Shown: piece by piece, positions 18,101-26,596 of the stretch | How positions within the stretch are numbered: the first letter of the stretch is position 1 | Layout of the letters: the number at the start of each line of letters is the position of its first letter | NCBI GenBank assembly: GCA_031387725.1 | Contig: JANNDM010000013.1 | Span: 7,134 to 71,133 of the forward strand | DNA length: 64,000 nucleotides | Direction of reading: 5' to 3' | Source: Verrucomicrobiota bacterium | GTDB lineage: Bacteria; Verrucomicrobiota; Verrucomicrobiia; Opitutales; Opitutaceae | The notes under the pieces: generated by a model | The model's database searches: none | What the model was told of the DNA's origin: nothing | What the model saw: only the letters and a program-made list of their open reading frames with translations | Made by a program: the position numbers and the translations under genes

Positions 18101-19213
18101 GGCCACTGGACGTATCCCGCCGGCACGAAGAAGGATGTTTTCGTCGCCTCGAACGCGGCCGAGGTGGAGCTGTTTCTCAACGGCCGCTCGCTCGGCGCCG
18201 GTCAGGTGTCCGACCGCTATCTGTTCACCTTCCCGCAGGTCACGTGGGCGGCCGGGGAGTTGAAGGCCGTGGCGCGCACGGCGGGCCGGGTGGTGGCCGA
18301 GCAAACCAGGCATACCGTCGGCCCGGCGGTGGCGCTGCGGCTGACAGCCCGGACCGGACCGGAAGGGTGGCAGGCCGACGGCGCAGACGTGGCCTTGATC
18401 GATGTCGAGGCGGTTGACGCCCAGGGCGACCGTTGTCCGACCTTCCAGCAACGCGTGGATTTCTTTTTCACCGACCCCGGCACCTGGCGCGGCGGCTATA
18501 ACAGCGGCAAAATCGATTCGATCAACAACCCCTGGCTCGACCTTGAAGCCGGCATCAACCGCGTCATGGTCCGGGCCGGCCGCGGGCCGGGCATTTTCAC
18601 GGTCACGGCGACGAGCGGCGGCCTCCGCAGCGGCAGCCTCAGCCTAGCGGCGCGGGAATTCACCGGAGACCAGCCCGCCATGCCCCGGCCCGGTTTGCCG
18701 GCGCAAGCGCCCGCCCGCACCGTTCCCGCCCGGCCTGCCCCCGCCGCCCAGGCCGCCGGCCCGGCCATGCTCGGGCAGTTCATCCAGACCCTCAACTACA
18801 CCGCGCCGAATGCGGCCATCGTCCACGTCGAGCGCGACGCCCGCGACGGCCGGAATGCCTACGTGAACATCGACTCACCGTTCACCGCGCTGCCCGGCGC
18901 CCTCGTCGGGGCCGACTGGGTGCAGGCCGATAACCGCGACGCCCTCTACAGCGCCGTCGACCTGATGGAGCTGGCCGTCACCGGCCCCACGGTCGTCTGG
19001 ATCGCCCACGACAACCGCCTGGCCCGGCCCGCGTGGCTCACGCAGCAGTTCGAGGCGGTGAAGATGACCATCAGCGTGGCCGGGCAGAAAATGGATATCT
19101 TTCGCCGGTTCACCCGGGACAATGAAAGCCTCACGCTCGGCGCGAACACGGAGAACACCAACCTCACCGAGGGCGCGATGTATCTGGTGTTCGTGAACAC
19201 CGCGGCGCGCTAG
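15122..19213 (+). CDS. Fusion: alginate lyase family (PF05426, PL38-like) + GH2 glycosidase with C-terminal accessory domains
   Basis: N-terminal SEGDYWWPDP, RMNPDLQFAQ, GRGIGIIDT, NNHGTCW, ELARTKP; then VNFNADWRF, FEAVRQVAEVYLNG, GGFTPFGFDLT, NNPSIFIWEGGN, VHIIGHWTYP, RTFQQ-like PTFQQRVDF. Start uncertain (ORF open from 14933). Confidence 0.85.
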   Translation: MLFFPDFDLAAHERPRVVHIAEAALGTEPRALTSARNPRSAGGAHDFSSEGDYWWPDPANPNGPYIRKDGLTNPDNFTAHRQLMFGLAREVGALAAAYDLTGEERFAAAALRHLRRWFIEPATRMNPDLQFAQSIQGVSKGRGIGIIDTLHLAEVALAIEVLRGSALLTAADDTALTAWFRDYLHWMRTHPNGIEEMKADNNHGTCWVLQVACFARLTRDEAVLAECRQRLREVLLPGQMAPDGGFPRELARTKPYAYSIFNLDVMSALAVVLSTPDDNLMARALPDGRSLVKGVEFLAPFLADKSKWTKPPDVMYWADWPVRQPALLFGALASGNESWLKLWQRLPADSAIEEIQRNFPVRFPTLWLRHLRPSTRPARVTVNFNADWRFTKSDPAGAPAPGFDDAPWATVSAPHTFNDTDTFDNWSLPGHRGEQEQWSGRTWYRKTFTAPAAWAGKKVFIEFEAVRQVAEVYLNGQLLGTAKGGFTPFGFDLTPHLKIGAPNVLAVMADNRFMKDPLDPSIAQQAATTAATHPNLSQLSKQLMEQIPATLEELQADQIPWNNPHWHPAHGGIYRNVRLIITDALHLTLPLYSFLQTEGPYAYATEVTEKSAKIGLEIPVRNERSSAADAEITAELFDANDKLVAALKFTESIAAGETKKIGTSIVIPQPRLWEPAYPHLYRVVLSLNVRNTNIDRVEIPLGIRSIWWDAQAGLFVNGAHLKLQGWGQKPTNEWPGLGAAQPDWMHYYTAQLMRDAGGNFIRWGHVPGGPAQIIAGDRLGIIALQPGGDGEHDTVGGAWALRVADFRDLLIYYRNNPSIFIWEGGNQKVTRDHAAELRGLMDRYDPHGGRAFAFRRADAITAEFMDVGIGTEGGREIARLPVVEGEYNREESPRRVWDDFSPPNFGYPEGKGQTYQLTSEQFAANQAGHYVKKLGAESHAGGANWIFSDSTSGGRVATEVARASGEVDGVRLPKEAYYVVAAMFRDDPQVHIIGHWTYPAGTKKDVFVASNAAEVELFLNGRSLGAGQVSDRYLFTFPQVTWAAGELKAVARTAGRVVAEQTRHTVGPAVALRLTARTGPEGWQADGADVALIDVEAVDAQGDRCPTFQQRVDFFFTDPGTWRGGYNSGKIDSINNPWLDLEAGINRVMVRAGRGPGIFTVTATSGGLRSGSLSLAAREFTGDQPAMPRPGLPAQAPARTVPARPAPAAQAAGPAMLGQFIQTLNYTAPNAAIVHVERDARDGRNAYVNIDSPFTALPGALVGADWVQADNRDALYSAVDLMELAVTGPTVVWIAHDNRLARPAWLTQQFEAVKMTISVAGQKMDIFRRFTRDNESLTLGANTENTNLTEGAMYLVFVNTAAR

Positions 19214-20274
19214 CGGGGCGGAGCGGGCAGGAAGCCGAGCGAGCGCAACCAGGTCTGCGCAAGCTGCGGCCAGTCCGAGGTCGGGCCGAGATCTTTCCGC
19301 ACGCCGAAACCGTGCGGGCCCTTTTCGAAGAGGTGCATCTCCACCGGGATCCCGGCATTGCGCGCGGCGGTGTAGAAGGCCAGGCTGTTTTCCACCGGCA
19401 CCGATTTGTCCTCGGCGGTGTGCACGAGGAAAACGGGCGAGGTATCCTTGGTCACGTGCCGATCAGGTGAGAGCTGGGCGAGCAAAGCGGGTGAGGCATG
19501 GCCCTGCACCAGATTATTTCGCGAGCCCTCGTGCACGTGCGGGCCCTCCATCAGCATGACCGGATATTGCAGGATGAGGAAATCGGGCCGGGCGCTGACG
19601 GTGTCGAGTGCCGCGCCGGTCCGGCCATCGGGATGGTCGTAGAGCGTTCCGGCGCAGGCGGCGAGGTGTCCGCCGGCCGAGGAGCCGACGACACCGATGC
19701 GGTGCGGATCGCCCCCGAACTCGGCGGCGCGTGAGCGCACGAGCCGCACGGCGCGGAGCACATCGCGCAACGGGGCGGGGTGTCCGTATTCCTTGAGCCG
19801 GTATTTAAGGATGAAGACCGAGACACCCGCGGCGTTCAGCCACTTGGCGTGGCCGTTGCCCTCGTTGCTGATGGCGAGCCGGGTGTAGCCGCCGCCGGGA
19901 CAGAGGATGGCCAGGGTGCCGTTCGCCTTGTCCGCCGGAGCGGGCAGGTAGGTCAGCGTGGGGATCTGGACGTTGTAGACGCGGTCGTCCTGAATGTATT
20001 CCGCGCCGCCATCCGGCTGCGCGTCGGGCACGCCTTCGGGCCAAAGGGGAATGACCAAGGGCTCGGCACAGTGAGCGGCCGTGAATAACAGGCAGGTCCA
20101 GAGACAGGTCGTGGTTTTGGTCCGACACCCCGGAGCTAGTCGCCGACCGTGAGCGGAGTCGAACGGCTCCGGCTTGGTTGAGGTGTAGCCACGAGCGTGA
20201 GCGAGTGGACGAGACTCCACTCGCTCACGCTCGTGGCTACTTTGGAGAGCAAGGAAGGGGTGATGCTTGGACAT
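19210..20274 (-). CDS. Alpha/beta hydrolase, carbohydrate esterase (BD-FAE-like)
   Basis: PLWPEGVP, CPGGGY, GSSAGGH nucleophile motif, HTAEDKSV, GPHGFG. N-terminus contains a translated palindrome. Confidence 0.85.
   Translation of the reverse strand: MSKHHPFLALQSSHERERVESRPLAHARGYTSTKPEPFDSAHGRRLAPGCRTKTTTCLWTCLLFTAAHCAEPLVIPLWPEGVPDAQPDGGAEYIQDDRVYNVQIPTLTYLPAPADKANGTLAILCPGGGYTRLAISNEGNGHAKWLNAAGVSVFILKYRLKEYGHPAPLRDVLRAVRLVRSRAAEFGGDPHRIGVVGSSAGGHLAACAGTLYDHPDGRTGAALDTVSARPDFLILQYPVMLMEGPHVHEGSRNNLVQGHASPALLAQLSPDRHVTKDTSPVFLVHTAEDKSVPVENSLAFYTAARNAGIPVEMHLFEKGPHGFGVRKDLGPTSDWPQLAQTWLRSLGFLPAPPR
20130..20240. repeat. Composite REP-like palindromes
   Basis: Perfect 25-bp inverted repeat GTAGCCACGAGCGTGAGCGAGTGGA (20185-20209) / 20216-20240 with a 6-nt loop, starting with GTAG. 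Adjacent CCGGAGC..GCTCCGG element (20130-20172) encloses CCGTGAGCGGAGTCGAACGG. Confidence 0.8.
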
Positions 20275-20303
20275 GACGGGTTTATCAAATGCCCCGGGGA
20301 TGT

Positions 20304-21593
20304 TTATTTGGGGCCCGGTGTTGCGCCCGGATCATCCACCCGGCGGATTTCGCCGCCGAGCAGGAACAACGAACCGATGGCAACCGGCACGAGCAGCGCC
20401 GCCATGACGAAGACGGGGGTGTAGCTGATCTGGCTGAGCACGGGCACGAGCCAGGTGCTGAAGACGAGAACGCCGGCCACGGCGCCCATGCCGCCGATGC
20501 CGGCGACCGTGCCGACCAGGGGTCCGGCAAAGTAATCACTGGGCAGCGTCTGGATGTTGTTGATCGCCACCTGGAATCCCATGAGCACCACGGCGATGGA
20601 CAGCACGGCGACCAGTGGGCTGCCCGCGGTCACGGCGCCGATGAAACCGGGCACGGTCAGCGCACCGCCGATCAGGATGGCGCGTTTCCGAGCGCGGTCG
20701 ACCGTCCAGCCTTGGCGCAACAGATGCCCGGAATACCAGCCGCCGGCCAAGCTGCCGATGGCGGCGCCGAGGTAGGGCACCCAGCCGAAGAGCCCGATCT
20801 GCTTCACGTCGAAGCCGAAGCGCTCGGTGAGATAGATCGGCAGCCAGTTGACGAAGAGCCACCACACCGGATCGAGGAAGAAACGGGAGACGATGATCGC
20901 CCAGGTCTGGCGCAGACGGAGTGCGGCCGTCCAGGTCAGGGTCGGGGCGGCGGTGGCCGGAGCAGATGCGGTCGCGTCGCCGCCGAGGATGTGGGTGCGC
21001 TCCTCCGGTGAAATCCACGGATGTTTCTCGGGTCCGGCCCGGGCGAGAATCCACCACGGCACGATCCAGATCAGGCCGAGCCCGCCGACCGCCACAAACG
21101 TTGCGCGCCAGCCGAAAAGCAGAAACAACCAGGCAATCAACGGCGCCGATACCACCGCACCAAGTGAGGCGCCGGCGTTGAAAATGCCCTGGGCGAAAGC
21201 ACGCTCATGGCGCGGAAACCACTCGGCCACGGCCTTAGTGGCGCCGGGCCAGTTGCCGGCTTCAGCCAGGCCCAGCAGGCCGCGAAACGCGCCGAGACTC
21301 AGGGCCGAGCGGGCCGCGCCATGCAGGGCACAGGCGATCGACCAGGCCACAATCGAGGCCACAAAGCCGAGACGCGTGCCGACGCGGTCAAAAAACCGGC
21401 CGGAGATCGCCTGGCCCAGCGCATAGCAGACCATGAAAACGGAGACGATGGAGGCGTAGGCATCCTTCGAGAGGCCGGTGTCCTTGGTGATCGCCGGCCA
21501 CATGACCGCGAGCGACGTGCGGTCGACGTAGTTGATGACGGTGGCGACCGCGATGAGGCCGATGATCCACCAGCGGATATGCGAGCGCATCAT
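20304..21593 (-). CDS. MFS hexuronate transporter (ExuT-like)
   Basis: IRWWIIGLIAVATVINYVDRT, EAGNWPGATKAVAEWFP, RFFLDPVWW. Confidence 0.88.
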   Translation of the reverse strand: MMRSHIRWWIIGLIAVATVINYVDRTSLAVMWPAITKDTGLSKDAYASIVSVFMVCYALGQAISGRFFDRVGTRLGFVASIVAWSIACALHGAARSALSLGAFRGLLGLAEAGNWPGATKAVAEWFPRHERAFAQGIFNAGASLGAVVSAPLIAWLFLLFGWRATFVAVGGLGLIWIVPWWILARAGPEKHPWISPEERTHILGGDATASAPATAAPTLTWTAALRLRQTWAIIVSRFFLDPVWWLFVNWLPIYLTERFGFDVKQIGLFGWVPYLGAAIGSLAGGWYSGHLLRQGWTVDRARKRAILIGGALTVPGFIGAVTAGSPLVAVLSIAVVLMGFQVAINNIQTLPSDYFAGPLVGTVAGIGGMGAVAGVLVFSTWLVPVLSQISYTPVFVMAALLVPVAIGSLFLLGGEIRRVDDPGATPGPK

Positions 21594-21598
21594 GACGG

Positions 21599-23776
21599 TC
21601 AGTTTTTGCGCAGGGCGGCGGGGCCGTCCCAGGTGAAGTCGCCTGCGGCGGTCGCGACGGTGTGCGGGCCCGCGGGTTTGTCCCGATTGGAGATCAGCAG
21701 CGTCCAGTCGAGTCCGTTGGCGCCTTGCAGACGGACGACCGTGCCGTCGTCGGTGGCGGCCAGCACCTCGACCGAGCGGAATACCGCGGCGCCGCCGGCG
21801 GTGACTTCACGCGTGGCATCCCAGCGGCCGTGCGGTTCAATGACGGTGGCGAAGACATGATTCGCCGCGTTGACGCGCTGGATGACGGCGGTCTCGGGGC
21901 GGAGATTGAACTTGGGGTCGTTGGCGCCTACGCGCGTGTAGTAGATCTTTCCGCCGGGTGCAGTGGCGGAGACGGCGGTATAGAAACGGTCGCCGTTCAA
22001 CCACGTGAAGCTGAGCGGGCCTTTGGCGTCGGCCTCGGCCTCGACCCAGAGGTGCTGGTAGCCGTGCTTGTCGCCGAGCGGGCGGCGCGAGTTCGTGTGT
22101 GCGGTGTATTCGGTGTTTCCGGCGAGGAAATGCCCCGCGTAATGGAGCGGATAATCGTATTGATGCGGTTTCTCCGCCACGAGGCGGAAGACATCGACCA
22201 GCACCGGGTGGGCGAGCTTGGGATCGCGGATCATCGCCACGGTGCGCTGCATCGCCACGCCGGGATAGGCCGTCGTGTCGCGGGCGCTCATCACCTGGAA
22301 ATCGGGATCGGTGGCGGTGAAGTAGTGCCGGTCGGAATGGCTGGCATCGGCGGTGTCGTAATCGCCGGCGTAGTTCGAGCGGCCGTCCACCGTCACGGTG
22401 TTGTGGGCGATGGTCTGGAGGGCATAGGATTTGTTTTCGGGCAGATAGCGGCCGCCGAATTTCTGCTCGATGTTGAGAAAGCGGGCCGCGCCGTAGTCGG
22501 GGAGGATTTCACGGCCGTTGTCGGAGTAGAGCAGCGCGAGCTTGTCGTAGTGGCCGTGCTCCATGCCGAAGGCGGTGTATTTCAGCAAGGCGAGCGGGCG
22601 GCCGGAGTCGGACTCGGCGCGCAGGATGCCGATCCCGCCGTGGTCACCCGCGGGGCCGTCGCGGAATTCCACACTGGCGTAGGGGAAGGGCGGGGGCGCA
22701 GGCGTGGCGGCGAGCGCCGCCGCGGTTTGCAGCCCGGCGGAGGTGAGTGAGACGGTGTTCTGGCGCTGCGCGACGGAGAGCAGGCGCGCGTCGCTGCCGT
22801 AACGGGCGAAGACCAGGTTGAGTTGGAAGGCGACCTCGGGCGAGAGATAGGTCTTTTCCTTGAGCGAGTCATTGATGGGAAGGAACTCACCGTTGACGTA
22901 GGTCTGCTGGAGGAGCGCGTAAAAGGCCTTGCGCAGCAGCGCGTCGCGGTAGGCGTAGATTTTCAAATCGGGCTGGTTGCGCTCCACCACCTCGGCGAAG
23001 AGGAAAAAGGGCCAGAGCGCATAGCGGGCATAATAGGGGCCCTCGAGATAGTAGCCGTCGGGGGAGAAGAGGAGGTCCATCTGGCGCAGGAAACCCGCGG
23101 TGCCATCGCGCTTGGAGCCGCGCAGGGCCTTGTCGACGTGCTCGGTGTCGCCCAGGAGGTAGCCGGCGAGGCCGACGGCGGTGGCGGTCCAGGTGCCGTG
23201 GTTGTGGATACGATCAAACTCGTCGAGGCGCTCCTCGCAGAGGTAGTGCATCATCGGGCGGTAGAGGTTTTTCTCCAGCACCGCGTGTTCCTCCGCCGGG
23301 ATGGCGTCGTAGACGCAGTCGTAGGCCAGGGAGACGTGCACGAGCCACACCGCCTCATTGAGGCTCTGCCAGAAAATGCGCCCGGCCGACTGCTTGTTGG
23401 CGGCGGGGTGGCGGCCAAGGGTGGGGTAGAGCACGGCGTAGCGGTGCAGGTGTTCGCGCACGAAATCGGCGTAACGCTTTTCCCCGGTCAGCTGGTAGAA
23501 AAACCCGGCCAGCTGCATCTCGGTGTAGTTCTGCTTGTGGCGCTCGTGGGTGTAACCCGCAGCGTCCTTAGGCGGCGGCACATCGATGGGCGCGGCGAGG
23601 GCCTGGTCGACTTTCTTGCGCGCCTCGGCCAGGGCGGCGTCGAAGAGCGGGTAGCGGCCCGAGGCGGCGCGCATGGCCGCGAAGTCGTCGGCGTTGTAGA
23701 GGAGGTGCGGATGGGATTTCGCCCCGAGCGTAATGGCCGCAAAAGCTGCGCAGAGGAGGATGGTGAGCGCACGCAT
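21599..23776 (-). CDS. Oligoalginate lyase, PL17-like (alginate lyase N-domain + heparinase II/III domain)
   Basis: Signal peptide; YTHERHKQNY, GRIFWQSLNE, IHNHGTW, YYLEGPYYARY, HGHYDKL, QTIAHNTVTVD. Confidence 0.85.
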   Translation of the reverse strand: MRALTILLCAAFAAITLGAKSHPHLLYNADDFAAMRAASGRYPLFDAALAEARKKVDQALAAPIDVPPPKDAAGYTHERHKQNYTEMQLAGFFYQLTGEKRYADFVREHLHRYAVLYPTLGRHPAANKQSAGRIFWQSLNEAVWLVHVSLAYDCVYDAIPAEEHAVLEKNLYRPMMHYLCEERLDEFDRIHNHGTWTATAVGLAGYLLGDTEHVDKALRGSKRDGTAGFLRQMDLLFSPDGYYLEGPYYARYALWPFFLFAEVVERNQPDLKIYAYRDALLRKAFYALLQQTYVNGEFLPINDSLKEKTYLSPEVAFQLNLVFARYGSDARLLSVAQRQNTVSLTSAGLQTAAALAATPAPPPFPYASVEFRDGPAGDHGGIGILRAESDSGRPLALLKYTAFGMEHGHYDKLALLYSDNGREILPDYGAARFLNIEQKFGGRYLPENKSYALQTIAHNTVTVDGRSNYAGDYDTADASHSDRHYFTATDPDFQVMSARDTTAYPGVAMQRTVAMIRDPKLAHPVLVDVFRLVAEKPHQYDYPLHYAGHFLAGNTEYTAHTNSRRPLGDKHGYQHLWVEAEADAKGPLSFTWLNGDRFYTAVSATAPGGKIYYTRVGANDPKFNLRPETAVIQRVNAANHVFATVIEPHGRWDATREVTAGGAAVFRSVEVLAATDDGTVVRLQGANGLDWTLLISNRDKPAGPHTVATAAGDFTWDGPAALRKN

Positions 23777-23779
23777 GAC

Positions 23780-24535
23780 TCAGTTGAAAAAAGCGCCGCC
23801 GTTGATCTCGACGGCTTCGCCATTGATGAACGAGGCGCGGCCCGAGGCGAGATAGGCGACGAGGTCGGCGACCTCCGCCGCCTGGCCCTCGCGTCCCAGG
23901 GGGGTCGCACCGGCGACCCGTTGCCGGATCTCGGGTTTGGTGTGCGTGTCGTGGAAAGCGGTCGCGATCATGCCGGGGTTGACCGCGTTGACCCGGATGC
24001 GGCGGGGGGCAAGTTCCTTGGCGAGGGAGCGGGTGAAATTGAGCACGCCGGCCTTGGCTGCGGCATAGGCACTGGCGCCACCACCACCGCCATCGCGGGC
24101 GGCCTGCGAGGCGAGGTTCACGATGGCGCTGCCGTCGGGCATGGCGGGCAGCACGGCCTTGGTCACCAAGAACACGGTCTTGAGATTCAGGGCCATGACT
24201 TGGTCCCAGAACGCCTCGTCCATGTCGGCCACGGTCTTCCGGGCGACGATGCCCCCGGCGTTGTTGACCAGGATGTCGATCGCGCCCCCGAAGGCCGCCC
24301 GGGTCTCCGCCACCATGCGGGCAATGTCAGCGGCCCTGAGCACATCACCTTGCACGGCGATGGCCCGGCCGCCGGCGGCCGCGATGAGGCGCAGGGTCTC
24401 GTCGGCCTCGGCGCGATTGCTGCGATAATTGACGGCCACCCGGGCCCCGAGGGCGGCGAGGCGGAGCGAGATGGCGCGCCCGATGTCACGGGAACCGCCG
24501 GTGACCAGGGCAACTTTGGCATGCAAGTCAGTCAT
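23780..24535 (-). CDS. SDR oxidoreductase, probable DEH (4-deoxy-L-erythro-5-hexoseulose uronate) reductase
   Basis: KVALVTGGSRDIG, LVNNAGG, YAAAK; immediately upstream of the PL17-like lyase. Substrate inferred from context. Confidence 0.8.
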   Translation of the reverse strand: MTDLHAKVALVTGGSRDIGRAISLRLAALGARVAVNYRSNRAEADETLRLIAAAGGRAIAVQGDVLRAADIARMVAETRAAFGGAIDILVNNAGGIVARKTVADMDEAFWDQVMALNLKTVFLVTKAVLPAMPDGSAIVNLASQAARDGGGGGASAYAAAKAGVLNFTRSLAKELAPRRIRVNAVNPGMIATAFHDTHTKPEIRQRVAGATPLGREGQAAEVADLVAYLASGRASFINGEAVEINGGAFFN

Positions 24536-24601
24536 GGGAGGGGGAGGGGGAGAACAGGGACGAGACAGCCTGCGCCCGGCCAGCGGGGGAGGCAAGGCTA
24601 T

Positions 24602-24634
24602 ATTCCATAGGTGAACTAATAGTTCATATATGAA
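24602..24634. promoter_or_regulatory. Candidate IclR operator(s) upstream of SDR-PL17-MFS-esterase operon
   Basis: AT-rich patch with perfect palindrome TTCATATATGAA (24623-24634), overlapping TGAACTA-A-TAGTTCA and TTCCATAGGTGAA. Confidence 0.6.
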
Positions 24635-24688
24635 TATCGGCTTACCGCGGGCGCCCCGGGCGCAGCGTCGGAGGGGCGCCGGCGGCAC

Positions 24689-24712
24689 TTACCGCACCAC
24701 CCGGGCGCCGCC
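24689..24712 (-). other. Duplicate of the last codons of kdgK (GGARVVR*)
   Basis: GGC GGC GCC CGG GTG GTG CGG TAA versus the kdgK end GGC GGC GCC CGA GTG GTC CGT TGA, 91 nt away. Confidence 0.6.
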
Positions 24713-24723
24713 CCTTCGACCGG

Positions 24724-24753
24724 CTTCCGCCTCCGCCAAGGCTATGGCGGACA
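24724..24753 (+). repeat. Short palindromic repeat, second copy at 40249-40278
   Basis: CTTCCGCCTCCGCCAAGGCTATGGCGGACA versus reverse complement of 40249-40278, CTTCCGCCGTCGCCAAGGCTATGGCGGACA. Confidence 0.75.
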
Positions 24754-24779
24754 GGCAGGGCGGCGCGAATCTGACGAGA

Positions 24780-25874
<1,095 letters not shown>

Positions 25875-25950
25875 GGAAAGAAGTGGGGGTGAGTTTGATG
25901 GGCGGCAGCCCCGCCGTCGCCCTGTGGGCTATGGGGGGTTCGTCCAGCGG

Positions 25951-26589
25951 CTACGCCGCAGGCGAAGCGGCGGCGACGAATTGCCGGGCGCGGGCGGTGA
26001 TGGCGGGCCAGTCTTTCGCTTTCAGCGCGGCGGGCGATACGAGCGCGCTGCCGGCGGCGGTGGCGAAGGCGCCGTTCTTCAGGAACTCGGCGACGGTTTC
26101 GGGCGTGACGCCGCCGGTCGGCATGACCTGAATGTTGGGGAACGGGGCCTTGACGGACTTGATGTAGGCGGGGCCGAAGAACTCCGCGGGGAAAATCTTC
26201 ACGACATCGACGCCGAGTTCCCACGACGTGTAAACCTCTGTCGGGGTGAGCGCGCCGCCCAGGACGGCGACGCCCAGTTCCCGGCACGCGGCGATGACGG
26301 TCGGGCGCACGGCGGGCGTGACGATGAACTTCGCGCCGGCGGCAATGCCTTGCCGCGCGGTGTCGGCGTCGAGCACGGTGCCGAGGCCGAGGAGAATCTG
26401 GGGGAGCTCCCGCGTGACCTGCGCGCACAACTCGAGGGCGCCGGGCGTCGTCATGGTGAGTTCGAGGCAGTTCAGGCCGCCGGCGGAGAGGGCGCGGGCG
26501 CAGTCGACCAGGCTGTCCGGGCCGTCGGCCCGGATGAGCGCGATGACTTTCTCGGCTTTGATTTTGGCGAGGACTTCGGTCTTGGTCAT
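25951..26589 (-). CDS. eda: KDPG/KHG aldolase
   Basis: Start MTKTEVL; LELTMTTPGA, GLGTVLD, GALTPTE, VKIFPA, MPTGGV. Confidence 0.9.
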   Translation of the reverse strand: MTKTEVLAKIKAEKVIALIRADGPDSLVDCARALSAGGLNCLELTMTTPGALELCAQVTRELPQILLGLGTVLDADTARQGIAAGAKFIVTPAVRPTVIAACRELGVAVLGGALTPTEVYTSWELGVDVVKIFPAEFFGPAYIKSVKAPFPNIQVMPTGGVTPETVAEFLKNGAFATAAGSALVSPAALKAKDWPAITARARQFVAAASPAA

Positions 26590-26596
26590 GGGAAAA

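Noticed and set aside
15041-18451. 1136-aa antisense ORF, and similar long ones (26246-28813, 29678-31822, 22823-24610, 44700-46397, 54599-56242)
   Set aside because: Each mirrors well-supported genes on the opposite strand and has no recognisable motifs; stop-poor antisense frames are expected with high GC3.
19210-19213. Convergent genes sharing overlapping stop codons (CTAG)
   Set aside because: Common in compact genomes; no further signal.
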